Assembly: GCA_045613905.1 (NCBI GenBank)
Contig: JAZLBW010000021.1
Span: forward strand, 20,316 to 84,315
Origin: Candidatus Caccoplasma sp.
GTDB taxonomy: Bacteria; Bacteroidota; Bacteroidia; Bacteroidales; G3-4614
Direction of reading: 5' to 3'
Length of the DNA stretch: 64,000 nucleotides
Both the position numbers and the translations under genes were made by a program. Positions 48,381 to 57,737 of this stretch are shown piece after piece. Each line of letters starts with the position of its first letter. Position 1 is the stretch's first letter. The notes under the pieces were generated by a model, which saw nothing but the letters and a program-made list of their open reading frames with translations, made no database searches and was not told the origin of the DNA.

Positions 48381-49700
48381 ATGAAAAAACTAATATTTAT
48401 AGCATATACATTTCTATTTTCAATTGCTGCTTTTTCGCAACCCACTTTGGTTGTAAACAGTGGTAAATCATATAAGTATGAGCCTGATGTTACAAAAACA
48501 GGTTTGAATATGGGATGTTATGTTGTTCAGTCCAATACTCCACTATCTTTGAATTTTACTTCAGATAGCAGTGAACCTATAAAACTATATAGTTTCGGAG
48601 AGTATGGAAGTTCTCAAAAAGAGTATATTTCAGGAGCTATCCAACAAGGCAAAAAATTAACCTATACAGGAGGTAAAAATGATTGTGGCTATGTTATAGA
48701 ACAGGGTTCTTCTGTATATAGTTTTTGGGTATCGGCACATAGAGTAGTAACGACACTTGAGAACGATTACTCTTATTCAAACATGTGTGAAAATGCTCGA
48801 ATTCAAGGAGAAGGAATAACAATTACATACCATTCAACACGAGGTCAAATATATTCAATTCCAAGAAAGGTAAAATTTTATACATGGGAGTGGAATGAAG
48901 ATGAGCAACAACCCGAAACTTCAGTTGAAAAAGAGTTAATGGTAACACCTTCTGTTGATGATAAATTGGTATTTGACTCTCCATATGAGAAAACCATAAT
49001 AACAATAGTAGATGATATTCCAACGGCATGGGGAGGGAGAATAATCGAAACCTCAACAGATGAAGAGTTTGTGCCTAAAGCAATATTTATGGAAGCGGTG
49101 GTGACACAATCAGAGAGAGAGGCAACAAACGAGATAGAGGTCGATAATGAGGCGGGTTCTTATGGCGGTTCAGCTCCTGTTGATATGGTATTTGAGGCTT
49201 ATGTAAATGAAGATAACTATTTCTGTTGGCAGTTTTTTAAGAGTGCAATAGGTCCTGATGATGAATCGCCAATAATATATGCAACATATCTTGACCAAAC
49301 ACTTGAATATACATTTAAGGATGCAGGGACAACTTATGTTCGCTTACATTCCGAGAATGCGACATGTAGTAAGAATATAACATTCACCATTAATGTAAGT
49401 GAGTCGTATATCGATGCACCTAATGTCTTTTCACCCGGAGTTTCACCCGGAGTAAATGACGAATGGAAGGTTGCATATAAATCGATTGTTGAATTCAAAT
49501 GTGCCATATTTGACAGATGGGGAGTTAAGATGTTTGAATTCAACGATCCATCAATAGGTTGGAATGGTAAGTATGGAGGTAAATATGTTCCTTCGGGAGT
49601 ATATTTTTATGTGATTCAGGCAAGAGGTTCAGATGGACAAGAATATAAACTAAAAGGTCATATAAACATCTTAAGAGGTAAAGATACTTATGATGAATAG
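48381..49700 (+). CDS. Secreted protein with a gliding-motility-associated C-terminal domain (T9SS type B sorting domain)
   Basis: Signal peptide, a ~340-aa N-region of unknown function, and a C-terminus matching the CHU_C/type B CTD pattern (APNVFSPGVSPGVNDEWKV...FDRWGVKMFE...GWNGKYGGKYVPSGVYFYVI...KGHINILR). Confidence 0.8.
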   Translation: MKKLIFIAYTFLFSIAAFSQPTLVVNSGKSYKYEPDVTKTGLNMGCYVVQSNTPLSLNFTSDSSEPIKLYSFGEYGSSQKEYISGAIQQGKKLTYTGGKNDCGYVIEQGSSVYSFWVSAHRVVTTLENDYSYSNMCENARIQGEGITITYHSTRGQIYSIPRKVKFYTWEWNEDEQQPETSVEKELMVTPSVDDKLVFDSPYEKTIITIVDDIPTAWGGRIIETSTDEEFVPKAIFMEAVVTQSEREATNEIEVDNEAGSYGGSAPVDMVFEAYVNEDNYFCWQFFKSAIGPDDESPIIYATYLDQTLEYTFKDAGTTYVRLHSENATCSKNITFTINVSESYIDAPNVFSPGVSPGVNDEWKVAYKSIVEFKCAIFDRWGVKMFEFNDPSIGWNGKYGGKYVPSGVYFYVIQARGSDGQEYKLKGHINILRGKDTYDE

Positions 49701-50628
49701 ATATATATTATTTCTATTAATAGTATTAATATCAACAATAAACACCTATTCTCAAAATGGCATAGCGCAAATAAATACAATTTCGGCATCGCCATACATT
49801 CCGCAATATGTAGAGTGGGGAGGAGAGAAGATAATGTTAGATAGGTATGATATGCGCGAGCGTTTCGATAGAGAAATGGTCTCTTTTTGTTACGGGCATA
49901 TTAACACATTAATGGTAATAAAAAGAGCTAACAGATATTTTCCCGTGCTAAAACCAATAATAGAGGAGATGGGGTTGCCTGCCGATTTCATTTATTTGGC
50001 GGTAATAGAGAGTTCTTTGAATCCAAGAGCTCAATCTCCGGCAAAAGCTGTTGGTATGTGGCAAATTATGCCTGCAACCGCTAAGGAATATGGATTGGAA
50101 ATAAATGACAATGTTGATGAGCGATACAATATCATAAAATCTACAAGAGCAGCTTGTAAGTATTTAAAAAAAGCATACGAAAAATATGGAAGCTGGATAA
50201 CCGCCGCCGCATCATATAATGCCGGGCAAAACAGAATATCAACCGAGATGTCTCGTCAATTACAGAGTCATGCAATTGATTTGTGGCTGAACGATGAAAC
50301 ATCGCGTTATATGTTTAGGCTAATGGCAATAAAAATGATAATGGAAAATCCTGTACATTACGGATTTGCCATACGTTCATCACAGCTATACTCACAGATT
50401 AGATTTAAAGAGATTGAGGTAACCAATACCATATCTGATTTGTCTCAATTTGCAATAGATAACGGAATTTCCTTCTCTCAACTTAAAGATTTTAATTTAT
50501 GGTTACGTTCTCGTAAATTACCCATACAAGAAGGTAGTGCATATATAATATTAATTCCATATATTGACGATCTCTTTTATAGCACAAATCCTCAAGAGGT
50601 TTATGATAGGAGATGGGTTATTGATTAA
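49690..50628 (+). CDS. Lytic transglycosylase (SLT domain) protein
   Basis: SLT catalytic region AVIESSLNP...GMWQIMPATAKEYGL. Its start overlaps the upstream gene by 11 nt. Confidence 0.85.
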   Translation: MMNRYILFLLIVLISTINTYSQNGIAQINTISASPYIPQYVEWGGEKIMLDRYDMRERFDREMVSFCYGHINTLMVIKRANRYFPVLKPIIEEMGLPADFIYLAVIESSLNPRAQSPAKAVGMWQIMPATAKEYGLEINDNVDERYNIIKSTRAACKYLKKAYEKYGSWITAAASYNAGQNRISTEMSRQLQSHAIDLWLNDETSRYMFRLMAIKMIMENPVHYGFAIRSSQLYSQIRFKEIEVTNTISDLSQFAIDNGISFSQLKDFNLWLRSRKLPIQEGSAYIILIPYIDDLFYSTNPQEVYDRRWVID

Positions 50629-50641
50629 TTAGTATATTATT

Positions 50642-53458
50642 ATGTCAAAAGGTTATATAGAAGTAGTAGGCTCGCGTGTAAACAATCTTAAAAACGTAGA
50701 TGTTGTGATACCTCGCAATAGTTTGACTGTTATCACAGGCTTAAGCGGAAGTGGTAAATCTTCGTTGGCCTTTGATACAATATATGCAGAAGGACAACGT
50801 CGCTATATTGAAACATTTTCATCTTACGCCCGTAACTTTTTGGGGGCATTGGAACGTCCTGATGTAGATAAAATAACAGGATTGTCGCCAGTTATAGCAA
50901 TAGAACAAAAAACAACAAATAAAAATCCCAGATCAACAGTAGGAACAACAACCGAAGTGTATGACTTTATGCGATTACTCTTTGCCCGAGCAGGAGAAGC
51001 ATACTCATATTTGTCGGGCGAAAAGATGGTGAAATATGGAGAGGATCAAATAATATCGTTGGTATTAGAAAAATATGCCGATAAAAAGATTACAATCCTT
51101 GCACCATTGGTCCGAAATAGAAAAGGTCACTATAAGGAGCTATTTGAACAGGTCAGAAAAAAAGGTTATCTATATGTAAGAATCGATGGCGAGGTCAGGG
51201 AGATACTTCCTGGATTGAAGCTCGATAGATATAAAAATCACAGCATAGAACTTGTAGTTGATAGGTTGCGCGTTTCATCCTCAGACGAGCGTCGTTTAAG
51301 AGAGAGTTTGCGTAATGCAATGAAACGAGGAGAGGGTTTGGTAATGATTCTCGATATGGATAGTCAAGAGGTTAGCCATTATAGTAGAATGTTAATGGAC
51401 CCCAAAACAGGTCTTTCATATTCTGAGCCTGCTCCTCATAACTTTTCGTTCAACTCACCCAATGGAGCATGTCCCTGTTGTAAAGGATTGGGGTATGTGA
51501 ATATTATTGATAAAGACAAGATAATTCCAGATACATCTCTATCAATACATCAAGGAGGAATAGAACCGTTAGGAAAGTATAAAAACAGTTTGGTATTTTG
51601 GCAAATCGAGGCGATATGTGATAAATATGGAGTTTCCCTAAAAACTCCAATAAAGGATATTCCTGATGAAGCATTAGATGAAATATTAAATGGAACGACA
51701 GAACGATTGATAATAAAAGACCATGTATTAGGCTCTTCATCGAGCTTTTTTACTCCATACGAAGGATTGGTAAAATATATTGAGATGCAAAACTCTACCG
51801 ATGCCTCATCTCAGGCACAAAAGTGGGCAGGACAATATGTTTCGGTTGTGCAATGTGGCGAGTGTAACGGCATGAGGTTGAACAAAGAGGCTTTGCATTA
51901 TAGAATTGCCGATAAGAATATTGCCGAGTTGGCAAATATGGATATTAGCACACTATATCAGTGGTTATCGGAGGTTGAAATACATTTGACAGAGAAGCAA
52001 AAATCAATATCTACAGAGATTATCAAAGAGATAAAGACTCGTTTGAAATTTTTGATAGATGTAGGATTGTCATATTTGAGCTTAAACAGAACGTCGGTAT
52101 CTTTATCGGGAGGAGAGAGTCAACGAATCAGGTTGGCGACACAAATAGGAACACGTCTTGTAAATGTACTATATATTTTAGATGAGCCAAGTATAGGTTT
52201 GCATCAGAGAGATAATGTAAAACTGATTGATTCATTAAAGAAGTTGCGAGACATAGGTAATACCGTAATAGTAGTTGAGCATGATAAAGATATGATGCTT
52301 GCGGCAGATTACATAATAGATTTAGGTCCCGGTGCAGGGCGTAAAGGAGGAGAGGTTGTGTTTGCAGGAACACCTGAAGAGATGTTGCGTTCAAATACAA
52401 TAACTGCTGAATATTTGAACGAAACCAGAAAAATTGAGCCTCCCAAAAAGTATAGAGAAGGAAACGGTAAGAGTATAAAATTGATAGGCGCAACAGGAAA
52501 TAATCTTAAAAATGTAGATTTGGAGTTGCCTTTAGGAAAGTTTATATGTATGACAGGAGTGTCGGGAAGTGGAAAATCTTCGTTAATAAACTCGACATTG
52601 CAACCTATAATAAGTTCTCAATTATATCGCTCTTTAAAAAAGGCTTTACCCTATGAAAGGCTCGAAGGACTTGAGAATATAGATAAGCTTGTAACTATCG
52701 ACCAATCTCCGTTAGGGCGTACTCCGCGCTCAAATCCTGCAACATATACAAATGTATTCTCTGATATAAGAAATCTATTTACCGAGTTGCCTGAATCTAA
52801 AATACGAGGATATAAATCGGGACGTTTCTCGTTTAATATCTCTGGAGGAAGATGTGAGGCATGTGGAGGAAATGGATATAAGAGCATAGAAATGAATTTC
52901 TTGCCCGATGTTATGGTTATGTGTGACGTGTGTCATGGAAAACGTTACAATAGCGAGACATTGGAGGTTCGATATAAAGGGAAATCGATTGCAGATGTGT
53001 TGGATATGACAATAAACCGAGCAGTTGAGTTTTTTGAAAATGTACCAACCATTTTAAATAAAATAAAGGTACTTCAAGATGTTGGTTTAGGATATATAAA
53101 ATTGGGACAACCATCAACCACGCTTTCAGGGGGAGAGAGTCAGAGGGTAAAGTTAGCATTTGAATTATCTAAAAAAGATACAGGAAATACACTGTATTTA
53201 TTAGATGAGCCAACAACAGGATTGCACTTTGAAGATATCAGAGTGTTGCTTAATGTATTGAATAAACTTGCCGATAAGGGAAATACCATATTGGTAATAG
53301 AACATAATCTCGATATAATAAAATCGGCAGATTATATTATTGACATGGGACCTGAGGGGGGCGTAGGAGGAGGAAAAATCCTATGTGCAGGAACTCCAAA
53401 AGATATATGTAAAAATCACTCAACATATACAACCAAGTATTTAAATGACGAACTATAA
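50642..53458 (+). CDS. uvrA: Excinuclease ABC subunit A
   Basis: 938 aa with two ABC modules (GLSGSGKSS, GVSGSGKSS; LSGGESQR twice) and zinc-finger cysteines (CPCCKGLG, CEACGGNG). Confidence 0.97.
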   Translation: MSKGYIEVVGSRVNNLKNVDVVIPRNSLTVITGLSGSGKSSLAFDTIYAEGQRRYIETFSSYARNFLGALERPDVDKITGLSPVIAIEQKTTNKNPRSTVGTTTEVYDFMRLLFARAGEAYSYLSGEKMVKYGEDQIISLVLEKYADKKITILAPLVRNRKGHYKELFEQVRKKGYLYVRIDGEVREILPGLKLDRYKNHSIELVVDRLRVSSSDERRLRESLRNAMKRGEGLVMILDMDSQEVSHYSRMLMDPKTGLSYSEPAPHNFSFNSPNGACPCCKGLGYVNIIDKDKIIPDTSLSIHQGGIEPLGKYKNSLVFWQIEAICDKYGVSLKTPIKDIPDEALDEILNGTTERLIIKDHVLGSSSSFFTPYEGLVKYIEMQNSTDASSQAQKWAGQYVSVVQCGECNGMRLNKEALHYRIADKNIAELANMDISTLYQWLSEVEIHLTEKQKSISTEIIKEIKTRLKFLIDVGLSYLSLNRTSVSLSGGESQRIRLATQIGTRLVNVLYILDEPSIGLHQRDNVKLIDSLKKLRDIGNTVIVVEHDKDMMLAADYIIDLGPGAGRKGGEVVFAGTPEEMLRSNTITAEYLNETRKIEPPKKYREGNGKSIKLIGATGNNLKNVDLELPLGKFICMTGVSGSGKSSLINSTLQPIISSQLYRSLKKALPYERLEGLENIDKLVTIDQSPLGRTPRSNPATYTNVFSDIRNLFTELPESKIRGYKSGRFSFNISGGRCEACGGNGYKSIEMNFLPDVMVMCDVCHGKRYNSETLEVRYKGKSIADVLDMTINRAVEFFENVPTILNKIKVLQDVGLGYIKLGQPSTTLSGGESQRVKLAFELSKKDTGNTLYLLDEPTTGLHFEDIRVLLNVLNKLADKGNTILVIEHNLDIIKSADYIIDMGPEGGVGGGKILCAGTPKDICKNHSTYTTKYLNDEL

Positions 53459-53501
53459 TTCATTCTAAATACTTGGTTTATGTGAATAAAAGAGTGATAA
53501 A

Positions 53502-53774
53502 TTACTCTTTTCTGGTGAAGTCTATTGCTTCGTTTAAGGAATCTTTGAACTTTTCAAAGTCCTCTTTATATAGGAATAATTTATGCTTTTCGTATCTGGG
53601 AACCTCTTCGTCTCTTTGTGAAACTCTTTTACTCTCGGTAATTGTAATATACATATCTTCCTTTTTACTTTTTTTTACATCGATATAGTATACTCTACTA
53701 CCAGCTTTGATAACTTTTGAAAACATCATATCTTTTTCAAATGGTCTTTCTTCGTTTCCAATTTTGATATCCAT
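53502..53774 (-). CDS. DUF3276 / PUR-like nucleic-acid-binding protein
   Basis: 90 aa. SRVYYIDVKKSKKEDMYITITESKR and KLFLYKEDFEKF match the bacterial PUR-alpha-like family common in Bacteroidota. Confidence 0.7.
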   Translation of the reverse strand: MDIKIGNEERPFEKDMMFSKVIKAGSRVYYIDVKKSKKEDMYITITESKRVSQRDEEVPRYEKHKLFLYKEDFEKFKDSLNEAIDFTRKE

Positions 53775-54105
53775 ACTCTTGTTTCTTAAATAATGTTACA
53801 TCACAAATATAATATGTAAAATATTTTAAACAAATACTTTTATTCTCTTTTATATTGTATTTTAACATTAATTAATATATTGCGACATTTGGTTTTTTTG
53901 TATGATGATAATTGATAGTAAAGAATTAATGATTTAGCCATAGTTAATGCATCATGGAGTATATTAAGATTATAGGTTGTTGTTGTGGAGTTGATAAATA
54001 TCAAATACTTGCAAAATATATAAATCAATAGAGAAGTAGGGTATGTATGCTTAATGCTATTATATATGAATGTATATTAATCTTGATTTTTTGACATAAA
54101 ATTTG

Positions 54106-54113
54106 TATCTTTG
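54106..54113 (+). promoter_or_regulatory. -7 promoter box TAtcTTTG upstream of nusB
   Basis: TATCTTTG lies 45 nt upstream of the ATG at 54158. Confidence 0.35.
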
Positions 54114-54157
54114 CTCCACCTTTAGAGAAAGGATTTACTAACTAATAAAGATTCGAG

Positions 54158-55081
54158 ATGACAAATCGCGTATTAATACGAAATAAAATACTTCAAATAG
54201 TATTTTCTGCGTTTATAGACAGAGATAAAACAGTTGCTCAATCAGAGATGGAGTATGTTCACAGTATTCAAAAAACATATGATCTATATATTTTGTTATT
54301 ACAATTAATTGTAAGATTGACAGATGAGCAAAATGAACGTATTGAGAGATTAAGAGGAAGATATATAAATCCGGTAGCGGATAAAGATATTGATTGGCGA
54401 TTGGCTAAAAACCGATTGGCAAAACAGTTGTCAGAGAATATTCAGTTAAACGACTATTTAGAAAAGAATCCTGATATAAATGTTGTATTGAGTACTCGTT
54501 TGGTAAAATCTCTTTTGGATTCAATCCTTGAGTCAGATGCATATGCTGAATATTTGGAACAAGAGGATTCTTACGAAAACGACAAGAATTTTTGGAAGAG
54601 AATTCTTAAAGGTTGGGCAGATGAGCCTGAGATAGACGAGGCATTGGAGGGAGAGTCATTATATTGGAATAATGATATTGATATAATAGTAACTTTTGCA
54701 CTAAAAACAATCAAATCATTTAATGAGGATTCGACAGATGAAGCAAAATTGATTGATTCATTTGATGCAGAACCAGACTCTGATTTCCCCGGTAAATTGT
54801 TGAGTCATACAATTCTTGATTTTGATGCTAATGTAAAACATATTTCGGATGCTGCAAAAAATTGGGAGGCAGATCGTATCGCAAACATGGACTTTGTTAT
54901 AATGTGTATGGCATTGACAGAGGCAAGAATGTTCCCAACCATACCTATAAATGTAACATTGAGTGAGTATATAGAGCTTGCAAAATCATATTCTTCTGAA
55001 AAGAGTGCAACATTCATCAATGGAGTATTGGATGCAATTATTAAAAAGATGAAAAAAGAGGGGAAAATAGAAAAAGATTAA
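54158..55081 (+). CDS. nusB: Transcription antitermination factor NusB (long Bacteroidota form)
   Basis: C-terminal NusB fold (DRIANMDFVIMCMALTEA, FINGVLDAI). The nusB-yajC-ybbR-coaE order is conserved in Bacteroidota. Confidence 0.85.
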   Translation: MTNRVLIRNKILQIVFSAFIDRDKTVAQSEMEYVHSIQKTYDLYILLLQLIVRLTDEQNERIERLRGRYINPVADKDIDWRLAKNRLAKQLSENIQLNDYLEKNPDINVVLSTRLVKSLLDSILESDAYAEYLEQEDSYENDKNFWKRILKGWADEPEIDEALEGESLYWNNDIDIIVTFALKTIKSFNEDSTDEAKLIDSFDAEPDSDFPGKLLSHTILDFDANVKHISDAAKNWEADRIANMDFVIMCMALTEARMFPTIPINVTLSEYIELAKSYSSEKSATFINGVLDAIIKKMKKEGKIEKD

Positions 55082-55148
55082 AAAACTTTTACTAATTTAG
55101 AACTTTATATTATATAAATAATTATTTAAAACTAAACATTGAATTAAA

Positions 55149-55484
55149 ATGAGTACAATTATGTCAATTTTATTACAACAAGGCGCAGCTGCTGCAGAGG
55201 GAACAGGTTCTTGGGGAAACATTATCTTTATAGTAGCGTTGGTGGCAATATTTTATTTCTTTATGATACGTCCACAATCAAAACGTCAAAAAGAGATTAA
55301 AAAATTTCGTGATGCCTTGAAACAAGGAGATAAAGTTATAACTGCTGGAGGTATTCATGGCAAAATCAAAAATGTTAAAGAGAACACAGTTACATTGGAG
55401 ATTGCAGATGGAATGAATATAACTATTGAGAAAACTTCAATATATGCAACTACTCCTGATGCATCAGAGCAACCTCAAAAATAG
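55149..55484 (+). CDS. yajC: Preprotein translocase subunit YajC
   Basis: A single transmembrane segment followed by FFMIRPQSKRQKE and GDKVITAGGIHGKI motifs. Confidence 0.9.
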   Translation: MSTIMSILLQQGAAAAEGTGSWGNIIFIVALVAIFYFFMIRPQSKRQKEIKKFRDALKQGDKVITAGGIHGKIKNVKENTVTLEIADGMNITIEKTSIYATTPDASEQPQK

Positions 55485-55506
55485 ATTATAAAACAAAAAA
55501 ATAAGA

Positions 55507-55570
55507 GGGGTTTTCGTGAGATTATGGATTTGTGCCATTAATTAAACGAAAACCCTGTTTTTATTTAAAA
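55507..55570 (+). terminator. Possible terminator after yajC
   Basis: GGGGTTTTCG (55507-16) pairs with CGAAAACCC (55547-55), followed by TGTTTTTATTT. The 30-nt loop makes this weaker than the other terminators. Confidence 0.35.
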
Positions 55571-55589
55571 CATTAGAAAGGAAATAAAA

Positions 55590-56621
55590 ATGAAGAAATT
55601 TTTTTATTCTATCTCGGCTTTTTTCTCAATTCTTGGAGTCGTTTTAATGCCCTTTAAAAAAGAGGGTAATAAACAGTTTTTGGTCTTTCTTCTATTTTTA
55701 TTAATCTCAACAATGTTTTGGTTTTTACAATCATTGAATAATAAAGATAACATAAATATATTGTTGCCGTTGGAATATGTGAATGTCCCAAAAGATGTGA
55801 TATTTGCTACAGAGCCACCCGAAGCAGTAAATGTTCAACTACGCGATAAAGGCGTAAACCTTATAAATTATTCGTTAGGTAGGGTTAATCCTATAGAGAT
55901 AGATTTATCGTTATTCAAACCGAAGAGAGAGAGGGTTGTTATTACTCGAGAAAAGCTTATTCCCATAATAAGTGAAGAGTTAAAGTCTTCTACTGAATTA
56001 ATGACTCTTTATTCCGATTCAATAGTCTTGATATATGCCGCAAAAGAGGGTGTGGCACGACCTGTAAAACTAAATTCGGACATTACACTTTCTTATAACA
56101 GTATAAGAAGTGACTCAACAATAATAAGACCTTCGTCGGTAACAGTGTATGCTGACTCATCTATTCTTGCGTCAATAGATGAGATTGAAACGGAGCTTCT
56201 TGCATTAAAGGACATTTCAGATACAACGGTGGTGAGATTGAGACTGAAAGATGTTTATGGTACGAAAATAGAACCAAATGAAGTTGAGGTTGTTGTTCCT
56301 GTTGAGGAGCTTATTTCAAAGAGATTGAGTTTGCCTATTGGGCAAATTAACTTCCCTGAAAATATCTCTGTTATAACATTTCCTGCAAATGCAGATATAG
56401 ATGTTATGATACCGATGTCTCAATTCCTTCAAACCGATAATTCTAAATTTAAATTGAATGTCGATTATAAACAATATAGGAGTAACAATAAAAAGTTACC
56501 GTTGGTGTTGACTAAAATACCCGATTATATTGAACGTATAACAATTATTCCCGATAGTGTTGAGTATATAATAGAGAGAAAGGAGATTGTGTCGGTTCCT
56601 AACGATTCTATACTTAATTAA
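55590..56621 (+). CDS. YbbR-like domain-containing (CdaR-like) membrane-anchored protein
   Basis: N-terminal transmembrane segments and repeated YbbR-type beta modules. It occupies the conserved position between yajC and coaE. Confidence 0.65.
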   Translation: MKKFFYSISAFFSILGVVLMPFKKEGNKQFLVFLLFLLISTMFWFLQSLNNKDNINILLPLEYVNVPKDVIFATEPPEAVNVQLRDKGVNLINYSLGRVNPIEIDLSLFKPKRERVVITREKLIPIISEELKSSTELMTLYSDSIVLIYAAKEGVARPVKLNSDITLSYNSIRSDSTIIRPSSVTVYADSSILASIDEIETELLALKDISDTTVVRLRLKDVYGTKIEPNEVEVVVPVEELISKRLSLPIGQINFPENISVITFPANADIDVMIPMSQFLQTDNSKFKLNVDYKQYRSNNKKLPLVLTKIPDYIERITIIPDSVEYIIERKEIVSVPNDSILN

Positions 56622-56622
56622 T

Positions 56623-57186
56623 ATGAAGACAGTCGGAATAACAGGCGGTATTGGAAGTGGTAAAAGTGTAGTTTGCAGGCTATTGAAAGCGCTGAATTAC
56701 CCTGTATATGACTCAGATAAACAGGCAAAGATGTTAATGAAGGAGTCTCCTGTAATAATTTCAGAATTAAAATCATTGATAGGGGAGGATGCCTATATAG
56801 GAAGAGAAATAAACAAACCCAAAATATCATCTTTTATCTTCTCTTCGGAATATAATTTGAGTAGAGTAAATTCTATAGTGCATCCTGAGGTGTGTGCGCA
56901 TTTTGATAGATGGAGATTGTCTCAATCAGCAGAGATCGTATTTGTGGAGTCTGCCATACTTTATGAGTCTGGATTGAGTGGAATGGTTGATGAAGTTTGG
57001 TGTGTGGTGGCAGATGAGGAGGAGAGAATAAAACGAGTTATGAAACGTAATGGCCTTGGCAGACAAGATGTTGTGAATAGGATTAACTCGCAGATAAGTG
57101 ATAATGAACGAATAAAAAAGGCTGACTACGTAATAGATAACTCAGGCAATACATCACTAATAAGACAGATTATAAAAATATTGTAA
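56623..57186 (+). CDS. coaE: Dephospho-CoA kinase
   Basis: MKTVGITGGIGSGKS P-loop. ATG at 56623 follows the ybbR-like stop (56619-21) by 1 nt. The track's longer start at 56587 would overlap the upstream gene. Confidence 0.92.
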   Translation: MKTVGITGGIGSGKSVVCRLLKALNYPVYDSDKQAKMLMKESPVIISELKSLIGEDAYIGREINKPKISSFIFSSEYNLSRVNSIVHPEVCAHFDRWRLSQSAEIVFVESAILYESGLSGMVDEVWCVVADEEERIKRVMKRNGLGRQDVVNRINSQISDNERIKKADYVIDNSGNTSLIRQIIKIL

Positions 57187-57269
57187 CATATGCGAAGAAT
57201 GTTCCATAATTTTAGTATCTTCGCAATAATTAAAAGAGGTAAAAACGAGATATAAAAAATCAAATAACT

Positions 57270-57662
57270 ATGTTGAAAGAAATTTTATCTATTTCAGGTA
57301 AGCCGGGATTATATAAATTGGTATCACAGGCAAAAGGAATGTTAGTTGTTGAATCACTTGTTACAGGGAAAAGATGTCCTGCATATTCTCACGATAAGAT
57401 AATCTCTCTTGGAGATATTTCAATCTACACAGAAAATGAGGATCGTCCTTTGTCTGAAGTGTTTGAGACAATCAAAGAAAAAGAGCAAGGAAAGGCTATT
57501 GAAATATCAAAAGGAGCATCTGCAGAAGAATATCGTAAATATGTTGAGAGTGTAATTCCTGATTATGATAGAGACAGAGTATATCCTAATGATATTAAAA
57601 GAATTGTAGATTGGTATAATATTGTTGTTAGCGCGGTTATAACAGAGTTCGTTGAAAAATAA
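57270..57662 (+). CDS. DUF5606 domain-containing protein
   Basis: The N-terminus MLKEILSISGKPGLYKLVSQ...VVESL...KRCPAY...KIISLGDISIYT matches my memory of this conserved Bacteroidota family. Confidence 0.6.
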   Translation: MLKEILSISGKPGLYKLVSQAKGMLVVESLVTGKRCPAYSHDKIISLGDISIYTENEDRPLSEVFETIKEKEQGKAIEISKGASAEEYRKYVESVIPDYDRDRVYPNDIKRIVDWYNIVVSAVITEFVEK

Positions 57663-57689
57663 TGGATCTTATTATCCTGATTGGAATAC

Positions 57690-57727
57690 AAAAAAATAGT
57701 TTGGAATTATTCCAAACTATTTTTTTG
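57690..57727. terminator. Bidirectional terminator between the DUF5606 gene and recJ
   Basis: A 17-bp palindromic stem AAAAAAATAGTTTGGAA / TTCCAAACTATTTTTTT with A/T tracts on both sides. Confidence 0.7.
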
Positions 57728-57737
57728 TTAGATATGG

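Noticed and set aside
53775-54157. A 383-bp AT-rich spacer containing a 62-aa ORF (53840-54028, minus strand) between the DUF3276 gene and nusB.
   Set aside because: The ORF is Ile/Asn/Tyr/Lys-rich, as expected from random AT-rich DNA. I found no repeats, hairpins with U-tracts or promoter/terminator pairing that would suggest an sRNA, so I treat it as a divergent promoter region.
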